Source: Azolla caroliniana
Lineage: Eukaryota > Plantae > Polypodiophyta
NCBI GenBank assembly: GCA_043228905.1
Contig: JBHGNT010000001.1
Location: 20,274,001-20,338,000, forward strand
Length of the DNA stretch: 64,000 nucleotides
Reading direction: 5' to 3'
Shown here: in pieces, positions 51,586-63,372 of the stretch
Numbering within the stretch: the first letter of the stretch is position 1
Layout of the letters: each line of letters starts with the position of its first letter
Program-made: the position numbers and the translations under genes
Notes under the pieces: generated by a model
Seen by the model: the letters and a program-made list of their open reading frames with translations, nothing else
Told to the model about the DNA's origin: nothing
The model's database searches: none

Positions 51586-54500
51586 TGTAGAGAGTAGCGT
51601 GCGGAAGCAGGCATGAAGACAAAACAGAGGAAGGAAACTCAGGTTCAATGGAGAGCTTGGGCTTACACGGTATACGCGGGAGAGACAGAGAGAGAGAGAA
51701 TGCAGAAAACTATATTCAATAATAATACTCAGTCTGTACATAAGACGTGCTCAGTGAACATTTTTATACAAGTCCTAGAAGGACTGACCGAAGTACTGAT
51801 AGTACTTCAATGCTCATCAAGAGCTCCTACACTAACTCCCAAATATATTCCTCACGAAATATCTTTCCTAACGACCTCCCGGTGTACGCACTCGGCCTAA
51901 CCGATCGGTCCCAACCGATCCGGTCCTCGGCTTCTTCAGCCGAACTGGCCGATGTTGAGCTTGTCTCTCAACACTCCCCCTCAAGCTCAACTCGAGGCTC
52001 TTCGGGATCCTCGGGTTCACAGCTCTGGTTCCTCCTGGCTTCACGCCTCGCTCGCGCTCCTCGACTTGTTCGACTCCGCGCGCTTCGACCCTTCCGGTCG
52101 GCTCGTCTGCTTATGCGGCCCTTATCAGCTCTTTTGCTATTGCGGTGTCGACACTTCTTCTGCTGCCTTTTCTTCCGCTTGGGCCTCGGTTGATTCAACG
52201 TGTCTGAATCAATCATCTGAACCGACTTGGCTACCTCCGATCGGTTTTCGCTCTCGCCCGAGTTGGCTGTCTCCAACTCGTCTTCGGTCTTCTCGCCTTC
52301 GATGGTGTCATCTTCCTCATGCGTGGTTGGCTTCGGCTCTCTCCTTCGGTTGCTCCCCTTCTGTCTGCTTCCGTACTTTTCCGCGGGTCCGCCCTCGGCT
52401 TCTTCAGCCGATCCGATGTCGAACTTGTCAACCGACTCGGTGTCGCGGTGTCCGCTCCTTTCCTGCTGCCTTGCTTGGTCCTTCGGGACTGTTCTCCCCC
52501 TCAAGTTCGGCACGTCAAGGTGACGCAACCTGAGTGCACCTGAGAATTGCCGCAACTTGTCCAGACCAAGAGGCTTGGTGAAGATGTTGACGGCCTGCCG
52601 ATCCGTCGGAACGTACTGAAGTTCGACTTCACCGGAAAGGACACGCTCACGGACGAAATGGTAGTGCACCTCAATGTGCTTGGTCCGTGCGTGGAAGACG
52701 GGGTTCTTCGCGAGTTGGATGCTGTTGAGGTTGTCGCAGTAGATCAGCGTTGGATCGGTCACCTCCTCTTGCAGGTCCTCAAGTAGCCGCTTCAACCATA
52801 TGGCTTCGCATGTCGCGACAGCCGCTCCTCGGTACTCAGCTTCGGTGCTTGACAGAGCAACTGTCGGCTGCTTCTTACTGCACCACACGATCGCGGCATT
52901 CCCGAGGGAGAACGCGTATCCAGACGTGGATCGGCGATCGACGGCGTTGCCAGCCCAATCAGCATCGGTGTAGTCGACTAACTGCGCGGCTGCACTGGTC
53001 CGATATAGCAGTCCGCGGTCCTTAGTGCCGCTTACGTACCGAAGTACGCGTTGCGCACACTGAAGGTGCTCCTCGGTAGGTCGCGCCATGAACTGACTGA
53101 TCACTCCGACCGGATAACTGAGGTCGGGTCGGGTGATGGTCAAGTATATGAGGCTACCGACAATTTGTCGGAACCTCGTCAGGTTGCATACCTTTCCCGT
53201 ATCGGGACGAAGCTTGACGGTTCTGTCCAGAGGAGTCGAGATGGGCTTACAGTCGGCCATCCCGAGTTTGAAGATCATACTCAGCACGTAATGACGTTGG
53301 CTGATCAATATGCCTTCGGGGGTACGGATCACTTCGATCCCGAGGAAGTAATGAAGGTCCCCCAGATCCTTCATGTCGAATGATGCCGCAAGCTGGAGCT
53401 TCACGCGGTCGATTTCACCTAGGTTGGCGCCAGTGATGACCAAGTCATCAACATACAGTAAAATACTAACCGGTCCGAGTCGACCTTTCCGGATGAATAG
53501 GGAAGAGTCCGATTTTGACGTGACGAAGCCCAACCGACGCAGTTGTTGCGTGATCTTCACGTTCCAGGCACGCGGGGCTTGCTTCAGTCAATAAAGGGAC
53601 TTCTTCAGTCGGCATATTGCCGAGGAGTTCGTTCCAGAGTGAAATCCGGGGGACTGTACCATGTACACTTGTTCCTCAAGGTCACATTGCAGGAACGCAT
53701 TCTTTACATCCATCTGATGTAGGTGCCACCCCTTGGCCGCGGCTACTGTGAGCAAAACACGGACGGTCGTCATTTTCGCGACCGGCGCAAACGTCTCATC
53801 GTAGTCGATGCCGTGTTTCTGCGCGTAGCCCTTTGCCACAAGCCGAGCCTTGTACCGGTTGACCGAGCCATCGGTGTTGTACTTGACTTTGTACACCCAT
53901 CTACACTCGATCGGCTTCACACCCTACGGTGCGTCAACCAGGTCCCAGGTCTCGTTCTCCGCCAATGCGTGCATCTCTTCCTCCATCGTGGCGCGCCAAT
54001 TCGCGTCCGTTGCCGCTTTTGCGTAGCTCTCCGGCTCACGCACTTCTGCTACACGGGTCATGTACGCATAATGATGCACCATGTATTCGTTGTATCCGAA
54101 CCGCAAAACAGGATTCTTCTGGCGGGTAGATCGGCGTAATCTCACATTAGCCGATGTCGAGGCCTTCTAAGTCGACGCGGCCTTCACCTTTAAAGACCCG
54201 TCACCGGTTCCCTCGGAGTCGGACTCGCGTCGGTCTGACTCGTTCCTTTCCGTGCCGGAATCCGACACCTTCTTCTTCCCTTTCTCTTTGCGCGTAAGCC
54301 GTCTCCTCGGCCTCCTGCGCGGGGAATGCACGACCGAGTCTCCACTACTTGCCGGCTCTTCATCGGACTGGTCGTAACGACTCAGTCGTCCAATCGGTCC
54401 ACTTAAACGGAGCGAAATCGGACTCTCTTCGCGGGTCTCGATTTTGGGCTCATCCGGAGGCATCTCGGCCTCGCTGACCTCATCGTCAGAGCTCGGATTG

Positions 54501-57251
54501 GAGTCGAGGTTCGTAGACGGGGGCAGGTACCAGGACGCGGACTCGTAAAACACAACGTCGCGGTTGACACGCGCTTGTTTGGTGCGAGGGTTATAACACT
54601 TATAACCCTTCTGCTCGTCCGAGTAACCGACCAAGATGCTTTTCTCGGCCTTTGCGTCCAGCTTCCTCCTTTTCTCCTTCGATACATGCAAATACGCAAT
54701 GCTACCGAACACCCTCAAGTGACGCAAGTTCGGCTTCGTTTCGAAATATAGCTCGTGCGCCAACACTTTGTCTCCGATCCGGTTTTGGATGTATACCGCG
54801 GTCCTTACCGCCTCGGCCCAGTAGAACTTGGGCAAGCTCTTCTCCTCCAGCATTGCCCGTGCCGTTTCCACAACTGACCGATTCTTTCTCTCAGCCACGC
54901 CATTCTGCTCTGGCGTGTATCTACAACTGAATTCGCGCCGAATTCCCATTTGTTGTAGATAACCGTTGAATTGACCGGAAAAGTACTCTTTCCGGCCATC
55001 CGATCGCAAACACTTGATCTTTCGTCCCGTTTCCGTTTCACGAACCCTTTGAGGTTCCGGAAACAGTCGAAGACTTCGCTCTTCCTCTCAATGAGGTAGA
55101 GCCACGTGTGCCGCGTGTGGTCGTCGATGAAGGAGACGAAATATCGGCTCCCGCCAAGACTAACGTTTTGTGTCGGCCCCCATACATCGGAGTGTATAAG
55201 GTCGAGCTTATTCTGGCTCTGATTTCGCTCGTTGGGGAAAGGAAGTCGGTGTTGCTTCCCGAGTTGGCAGGCTTCACAAATTTGTGCCTTTCGGCCACTA
55301 AATTTGGGCAATCCGAATACTACCTGTTTTGATTGTAGATTTTGAAGCCGTTGGTGGTTGACGTGGCCTATCCGCTTGTGCCACAAGTCGATGTCCGACT
55401 CGGTCTTTTGTCCCTTCGCGAACATTGCGGTGCCGCCGTCAGTGGAGTCGAGGATGAACATCCTCCCGTCTCTGCGCCCTTGCGCAATCACACGGCCTTC
55501 TTCCTCAATGAAGCACCCGAGGTGTGTAAACCGAACCTCCATCCCTTGGTCGACGATCTGTCCGACCGAGACCAAGTTCTTTGTGATTGTCGGGACGTGC
55601 AACACGTTCATGAGTTTCCCTTTCTGCCCGACATGGCTAAGGGGAATTTCTCCGACATTCGCGATTGGATGCGGAGTGTCGTCTCCTGTTGCGACTACTC
55701 TAGGTTGTATCGGTTTTTCAAGGTACGAGAACCACTCCTTATGGCTCGTCATGTGGTTTGATGCGCCGGAGTCTACGTACCACACCTCGTCCGATCTCGG
55801 GGTGGTCTACTTCATTGAGTTTGCTTCGTGTCTCGTCACGAAGGCAGTCCCTTCTCCGGCTCTCCCGGAGTCTTCGGCGTAGTGCGATCCCTGCCGATTT
55901 CCCTTGTCGGTATGTCTGGAGCCGTTCCCGGAACCAGTTCTCTCCAAATTGGCGCGCTTCTTCCAGCACTCACTTTCCCTGTGGCCTTTCTTGCCATAGT
56001 ACCAGCACTCCGCGATGGACTTCCCTTGCCGGTTCTCATCGCTTTGACTCCCCCTGTTTCCGAAGGGTCCGTAGTTGCTGTCGGCATCACTTCGGTGCCT
56101 TCTTCCTTGATCTCGTCGGCCGCCTTCATTGCGCCCTGACTCACCTCGTCGTCCACGTCCACGGGGCGTATCTCCCTCAGTGTACAACATTCTGCTATCG
56201 GCGTGCGTGCTTGTAGATGCACCCGCGTGGTTCTCCTCTACCATGAGCATCAACTGTAAGTCGAAAAAGGACGGCGTATTCTCCCGGGTACAACAGCCGT
56301 TCGGAACGCTCCGAACTTCGACGCCAGACCTCCGAGACAGATCTGGACCATCTCGCTCTCCTCGATGTTCACCTCTATGGAGGCGAGGGAGTCGCAGATA
56401 TCCTTGATCTTCGAGGTATAGTCCGCGACCGACAAATCGCGTTGTCGTAGGTTGCTCAACTCCTGTCGGAGCTGAAGCTTCCTGGCTGTGGTGCTCGCGG
56501 CGAAAATCTTCTTTAGATTTTCCCACGCACCCTTCAACGTCTTTCCATCCCGAACATAACTCAATAACTGTTCGCCCACACACGACGCGAAGCTGTATAA
56601 TACCCTGCTCGCCGATTGCTCCCACGACGGGAAGTCTCTGTGTGTCGATTCGGGTGCCGCGTCATTAGCTCCTTCGACATAACTCCAGTAGCCGTGCCCG
56701 AGTAGGTACTGGTGCATCTTGTAGGATCAAGACGCGTAGTTGGTTCTGTCGAGCTTCTCTGTTGGAAGCGAGCTCGCCATGCCTCTATCCATCGTTCTTC
56801 TTGTTCTTCTTCGTCAAGCTGTGTCGGCTGCAGAGAGGTTCTCAACCCCGCGCTCTGATACCATGTAGAAAGTAGCGTGTGGAAGCAGGTATGAAGACAG
56901 AATAGAGGAAGGAAACTCAGGTTCAATGGAGAGCTTGGGCTTACACGGTATACGCGGGAGAGACAGAGAGAGAGAGAATGCAGAAAACTATATTCAATAA
57001 TAATACTCAGTCTGTACATAAGACGTGCTCAGTGAACATTTTTATACAAGTCCTAGAAGGACTGACCGAAGTACTGATAGTACTTCAATGCTCATCAAGA
57101 GCTCCTACACTAACTCCCAAATATATTCCTCACGAAATATCTCTCCTAACGACCTCCCGGTGTACGCACTCGGCCTAACCGATCGGTCCCAACCGATCCG
57201 GTCCTCGGCTTCTTCAGCCGAACTGGCCGATGTTGAGCTTGTCTCTCAACA
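51586..57251 (-). mobile_element. Ty1/copia 'Copia-4', full length, nested in the Gypsy RNase H
   Basis: 388-bp LTRs 51586-51973 and 56864-57251 with 6 mismatches counted, all transitions. TSD TCCTT (51581-51585, 57252-57256). tRNA-iMet PBS 56852-56863. PPT 51974-51982. Confidence 0.97.
51968..56780 (-). pseudogene. Copia-4 gag-pol with C-terminal extension
   Basis: [50 protein letters not shown]. Several in-frame stops and frameshifts. The frame continues about 175 aa beyond the usual end. Confidence 0.93.
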
Positions 57252-57256
57252 TCCTT

Positions 57257-60200
57257 TCCGGAGATGTGCTGTATCTCCAGGTTCAGGGACTTAATGTACG
57301 CTATCCACCGGAGCATTGCTAGGTCCGACGTCGCGCATCTGGAAACCATGCCGAGAATTGGCAGGTAGTCCGTCTCGATGATCACTTCCGTCCTGATCAG
57401 ATAGTCTTTATCGGCCTTTACCGCCGAAACGATACCCAGAGTTCGCGTTTGACCTGGGCGTATCCTCTCTGTCACTCAGTGAGGACCTTCGTGCCGAACC
57501 GGATGGGGAACCTTGTGCCAACGTCATCCTCTTGGTTGATCACCCATCCGATCCCGGTCGGACTCGTGTCTACGGTTACGTAAATTGGAGTGTCTTTGCC
57601 GTAGACAGCCTTTCGGAGCGCCGGTGCTGTGGCAAGTGCTTCCTTCATCTTTCGGACTGACTCCGTATGCTTGTCTCCCCACTCGAATTTACGCCCTTTC
57701 TTCAGCAACCCATACAGCGGCTCCGCAACGTGGGCGTAATGCGGGATCCAGATATGGGAGAACGCGCATGCTCCGAAGAATCTCCGAACCTCCGTAACCG
57801 AATTGCAGTCATGCTTCATCGTGGAGATGGCTTCCACCTTGGCCGGAGACGGTTTCCGACCGTATGGTCCGCATAGGTGCCCGACGACCATGATCTCTGA
57901 TTGCCCAAAGGCCGATTTTTCCCCGAAGAAGGTGAGCCTCCTCGCCTTCTTGTCTCTGCAGCACCTTCTCGCAGTCATCGATGTGAGTCGCCACGAAATT
58001 GCGACATCCGTCCGGTCCGATTGTGTCGTCCTTTTCCTCCACCGGGCATCCCCTGATTGGGATGTCGTCTAAGAATGGCATGGTGATGTCCGGAATGCAG
58101 TCCCTCAACATTTTGTTCATGGCGTTCACCATATACACCACTGAATTCGTCCCGCCTTGTGGTAGGATACACATCCGTACTAGGCCGAGAGGAGTTCGCA
58201 TGGTCGTGATATCCCTGCTTTGCACGGCTAGCTAGAACTGGTCGTACCCCGAGTATAAGTCACCAACCGAATAGATCGACCTTCCAGTGAAGGCCTCCGC
58301 GAACTCGTCTATGGTCGGTCCGATTCCTGCATTACGGATGGTCACCCTATTGACCGGTTGCAGGTCCTGAATGAAGTGCAGCGTGCCGTTCTTCTTCGGC
58401 ACCGCAAACCACCGATTTGAATATGGGGCACTCGATGGTTCGAGGATGCCCATCTCCACCTTTTGCTTCAGAAGCTCCATCAACTTCGGGATGTGAGCTC
58501 TCGGCACCGGAATCGGTTTGAGATTCCACGGTACATGCAGTACCGTGAAGATCACCATCGGTTCGACGATCGTCGGGTCCACGCACCCGACCTCCTCCAG
58601 CGAGAACGTGAAGGCTTTCCCATGCCTTCCAAGCATTCTCCGAAACCTGTCCTCCTCCGCTGGCAGTAGAAAGCCACCCCCACCGACCTTGAGCTCCCGT
58701 AGCGTTATGTCGGTGAACCGGTGTCCTATGCCAGCCGGATTCCGTAAACTTGGGTCCGATGCGACCCCTTTTATCCGCTCCTCGCTGCCCTCCGGCAAGG
58801 GTGCCGCGACTGGCCTCACCTTCCGGTCCACAGTCTTGTACTTTGTATCCATGCGGCCGTCCGATCCGACCCGATCCTTTCCCTGAAGTCCGCGATGACT
58901 TCGTACATTCCCATTGAACTAACCGGAATTGTCCGGTCCTCTTTAAGGCCTCCTCCGACCACCTCTCGTAATTGTCCCAAGGTGTCGTTGAAAGAGACCG
59001 CCTCCATGGCTCCGTTGATTTCCTCTCCAGGGCTGAGGACTCCGCATGCCCGAAGTCGCTCCTCCGCCCTCTTCTTCTCCCGGCCAACGATGCTGAAAAT
59101 CGTACAACCCCCGCTATCGGAGAACCAAAATTTCCTACCTATGGTACATGTATGGGGTTCTTCCGGTACGTCTGGACTACCGCGGCCCCACGCCTTGATA
59201 GCCCTCTCTAAAAATCCCCTCGGCTGTCGCCGCCGAGGGTCTCGCGATTCCTCTCATGGTTCGGACGTACGGTCATGAATTGGACGGAATGCCGACCGTC
59301 CAGGCTCTTGACGCGCGCGTACGCCGAACCGTTGTCCAGCACTTTCATCTCCATGCGTGCTGCCGTAATGTATGGTTCGCCGAGAATCACCGGGTGCGAG
59401 GATGTTTCCTGCACGAAGAGATGTTGATCTATTTCGATGTCACCGACCTTTACGCGTATATTCGGGCACACACCATGCAACTCCTCCGTAGCACGCGTCG
59501 CTGCCCGTATTTTCCAGCCGTGTTTGGTGTTGATCGGCCATTTCCCCTTTTTGTAGAAGTTCATGGACATCAAGTTGATTTCGGATCCATGGTCTACCAA
59601 GGCCATCACCGGTTCCGGAACGTCGCCGATCCGCACAGGGGTTTCCGTAGTTGCCCTGGCTCAATGCGGCTTTGCGTAGTGGCTTTCCGCCAACTCGTCT
59701 TCTAGGGCCGTGTCTTCTAAGTGCGTAGTCCGCACCTCCACCGACTTCTTCGGTTCCGGCTCCGTCGAGAGCTTCTTCGGCTTCACCAAGTCTATGATGG
59801 AGTCGTGGAACTCCCTCTTGGCGATTCCCAGCACCTCCCGCAACGACAACTCCACTTTACTAACGAGGATTCGCTCTTCAAGGACCTTCTGTAGGCCAGT
59901 TGCTCTCTCGATTTCGGTGCTCAACCGGAACCCCGCCTGCTTCTTTCCGTCCGGCACGCCTGGGTTGCCGGCACCGGTCGGTTTCGGTCCAAACCGGGTC
60001 TCGTACTTTTGCAGGGGATCGACCCCTCCGGCCTTTCCTGCCCGTTTGTCTTGCACCAGAACCTCGTAGTTCTGGCAAGCGGCTTCTACGAAGCCCGTTT
60101 TCTATTTCGATCGGATCGTCCCATTCAGTGACCTCCTGGACTCGCTGTTCCGTGCGGTCTGCCTCTTCCTTCTTCAGTCGAACTTCGGAGAGGACTTCTA

Positions 60201-61362
60201 GCACTAGCGGCCAAAATCTGGAGTCCTTCGCCTTCCAGGTCTCATCACCCCCGACCCGAATTCCCGCCGACACTGAGTAGTTAACGGCTTCTACATGCCG
60301 TGCCGCGGCCTCTTCCATCAACTTCTTCATTCTACCACGCCCCGTATTCAGTTCTAGGGCTCTCCGGGTCTCAGTCGCGTGCACCCGCCCGTTCCAGAGG
60401 TACACCATGTTGGTCCTGAGTGCGTCGGCGAAATCTGCGCAATCCTTCCAAATGTCACCGATCGCATCACACCACATGCACCGCTGCCCAGCCGGTGGCC
60501 TCCAATCGCGAGGTTGTTCGCCGCTGTCTCTCCGGGCCTGTGCGATCTGCAGGTCGCGCACCATCTGTGTCAGCTCCTCCAGTGCCGCTCCTCCGGATGG
60601 GCCTCTGACCATGTTGTTCGATGCCGACCCCGACTCTAGCCAAATTTGGGTTTCTTCCCTTCGTGCTGGCGGGGTTGGCTCAAGTTTCCTTGCTGCTACA
60701 GAGCCCGCCCCTGTTGATCCTTTATAGACCCACTCTCGCCGTTTGTCGAAACGGCCACAAACTCTCTTCACCACGGCCTAGTTGGCCGTCAGCCCGTCAT
60801 GAGTCTCCAGCAGGAGACCCACTTGCTCCCGGTCCCTCGCATCCACTGACTTAACGAACAACAGGACGCGACTTGTGTCTAGTACGATCCGGTCGAGCGC
60901 CGAAAGACGCGCAAAGCGTTCTTCAAACTCCTGGAGGAGCACTGACACGTTTCTCCCCTTTTCGGAGGTCTCTACCCATTCCATGAAGTCCCGTTTCGAG
61001 AGCCGAGGCGCGTCATCAAGCCCGTATTTTTTGAGGAGCCGACCTTCAAACTCTTCCCAGGTCCGGCTCTCAGCCCGTACCTCGAGCACCTCCGCATGGA
61101 TGCCCGACATCGCTACCTGAGGGAATCCGGTCAGTCGCCTTTCTTCCGGAGTGTCTGTCATTACCATCTCGGCCCGGTAGGCCTCCAAATAGCTTGTGGC
61201 GTCCTTCCCACCGAACCGGCCTATCGTGCCGATGACCGCTTCAATAGCCCTATTGAGGGTGCCTGCGCCTTCGCGCGCACTCACTATCCGATCCACAACC
61301 GAAGCCATGGCTTCTGCGAGATCCGACCCCCTCATCTTTCTATTCCTCTGCCGCCTGTTCAC
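57257..61362 (-). pseudogene. Gypsy gag, protease, RT and RNase H
   Basis: Gag IGRFGGKDATSYL; knuckle CMWCDAIGDIWKDC; protease ALVDHGSEINLM...VILGEPY; RT PYSNRWFAVPKKNG, DLYSGYDQF, LPQG, PFLDDI; RNase H TVDTSPTGIG, ETDYLP. Several stops and frameshifts. Confidence 0.92.
59152..59217 (-). promoter_or_regulatory. Candidate -1 programmed ribosomal frameshift signal between protease and RT
   Basis: G_GAT_TTT (59217-59211) in protease frame is immediately followed by TAG. After a 6-nt spacer comes an 8-bp stem GGGCTATC/GGTAGTCC. The -1 frame is open to 58816. Confidence 0.6.
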
Positions 61363-61450
61363 GTCGGGTTCACCAAATATGTCGCGTTGTTACGCGCGTG
61401 CGTGGAAAACTAAGCGGGACCACCGGGGTCTTGGACTGAGAAATAGCTGA

Positions 61451-63372
61451 GAAGGATCCGCAGAAGCCGGAAAAGGGTCAGTCTTCGTGACGAGACACGA
61501 AGCAAACTCAATGAAGAAAATCACCCCAAAGTCAGAGGAGGTGTGGTACGTCGACTCTGGCTCATCAAATCACATGACGAGCCATAAGGAGTGGTTCTCG
61601 TACCTAGAAAAACCAATGCAACCGGAGACGACACTCCGCATCCGATCGCGAATGTCGGAGAAGTTCCACTAAGCCATGTTAGGCAGAAAGGGAAACTCAT
61701 GAACGTGCTACACGAAGAACTTGGTGTCGGTCGGACAGATTGTCGACCAAGGGATGGAGGTCCGGTTTACACACCTCGGGTGTTTCATTGAGAAAGAAGG
61801 CCGTGTTATTGCGCAAGGGCGTAGAGATGGGAGGATGTTCATCCTCGACTCTATTGACGATGGCACCGCAATGTTTGCAAAGGGACAAAAAGTCAAGTCG
61901 GACATCGACTTATGGCACAAGCGGATAGGCCACGTCAACTTCCAACGACTTCAAAACTTGCAATCGAAACAGGTGGTGTTCGGATTGCCCAAATTTAGTG
62001 GCAGGAAGGCACAAATTTGTGAAGCTTGCCAACTTGGGAAGCAACCACGATTTCCCTTCCCCAACGAGTGTAACCGGAGCCGGAACAAGCTCGACCTGAT
62101 AAACTCCGATGTGTGGGGGCCGACACAAAACGTTAGTCTTGGCGGGAGCCGATATTTCATCTTCTTCATCGACGACTACACGCGCCTCATTGAGAGGAAG
62201 AGAGAAGTCTTCGATTGTTTCCGGGACCTCAAAGGGTTCGTGGAAACAGAAACAGAAAGAAAGATCAAGTGCCTGTAATCGGATGGCAGAAAAGAATACT
62301 TTTCCGGTCAATTCAACGGTTATCTATAACAGATGGGAATTCGGCGCGAATTAAGTTGTAGATACACACTCGAGCAAAACGGCGTGGCCGAGAGGAAAAA
62401 TCGGTCGGTTGTGGAAGCGGCATGGGCAATGCTGGAGGAGAAGAGCTTGCCCAAGTTCTACTAGGCCGAGGCGGTAAGGACCGCGGTATACATCCAGAAC
62501 CGGATCGAAGACAAAGTGTCGGCGCACGAGCTATATTTCGGAATGAAGCCGAACTTGCGACACTTACGATTTTTTGGTAGCATTGCGTATGTCCATGTGC
62601 CGAAGGAGAAATGGAGAAAGCTGGACGCAAAGGCCGAGAAATGTATCTTGGTCAGTTACTCAGACGAGTAGAAGGGTTATAAGTGTTATAACCCGCACAT
62701 CAAACAAGCGTGCATGAGCCGCGACGTTGTGTTTGACGAGTCCGTGTCCTGGTACTTGCCTCCGACTCCGCACGTCACCTCCAATCCTAGTTCTAACGAT
62801 GAGGTCAGCGAGACTGAGATGCCTCCGGATGATCCTGAAATCGGGACTCGCCGCGATGGAGAAAGAGATGCACGCATTGGCGGAAAACGAGACCTGGGAC
62901 CTGGTTGACGCACCGAAAGGTGTGAAGCTGATCGGATGTAGGTGGGTGTACAAGGTCAAGTACATCACCGACGGCTCGGTCAACCGATACAAGGCCCGGT
63001 TAGTGGCAAAAGGCTACGCGCAGAAACACGACATCGACTACGATGAGACGTTTGCGCCGGTCGCGAAGATGACGACTGTTCGTGTTTTGCTCGCGGTAGC
63101 TGCGGCAAAGGGGTGGCACTTACATCAGATGGATGTAAAGAATGCGTTCCTACAAAGTTAGCTTGAGGAACATGTGTACATGGAACAACCCCCCGGATTT
63201 CACTCCGGAATGAATAGATTGGCAATGTGCCGATTGAAGAAGTCCCTTTACGGACCGAAGCTAGCCCCGCGTGCCTGGAACGCCAAGATCATGCAACAAC
63301 TACGTCGGATGGGCTTTACAACGTCAAAATCGGATTGTTCCCTGTTCATCTGGAAAGGTTGACTCGGTCCGG
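61451..63372 (+). repeat. Local duplicate of Copia-3 internal region 47982-50384 (with its own ~445-bp deletion near 62850)
   Basis: About 95% identity over the first 240 bp compared. Shares private deletions and premature stops with Copia-3, and ends at the same Gypsy insertion site GACTCGGTCCGG|TGTCG. Confidence 0.92.

Larger units (their letters stand above)
50385..61456 (-). mobile_element. Ty3/gypsy LTR retrotransposon with tRNA-Trp PBS and no visible chromodomain, decayed; contains Copia-4
   Basis: Order gag, protease, RT, RNase H, integrase on minus. 5' LTR remnant 61380-61456, PBS 61358-61375, shortened 3' LTR 50385-50524, atypical PPT GGTGGGGGCGGA at 50525-50536. Confidence 0.92.
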
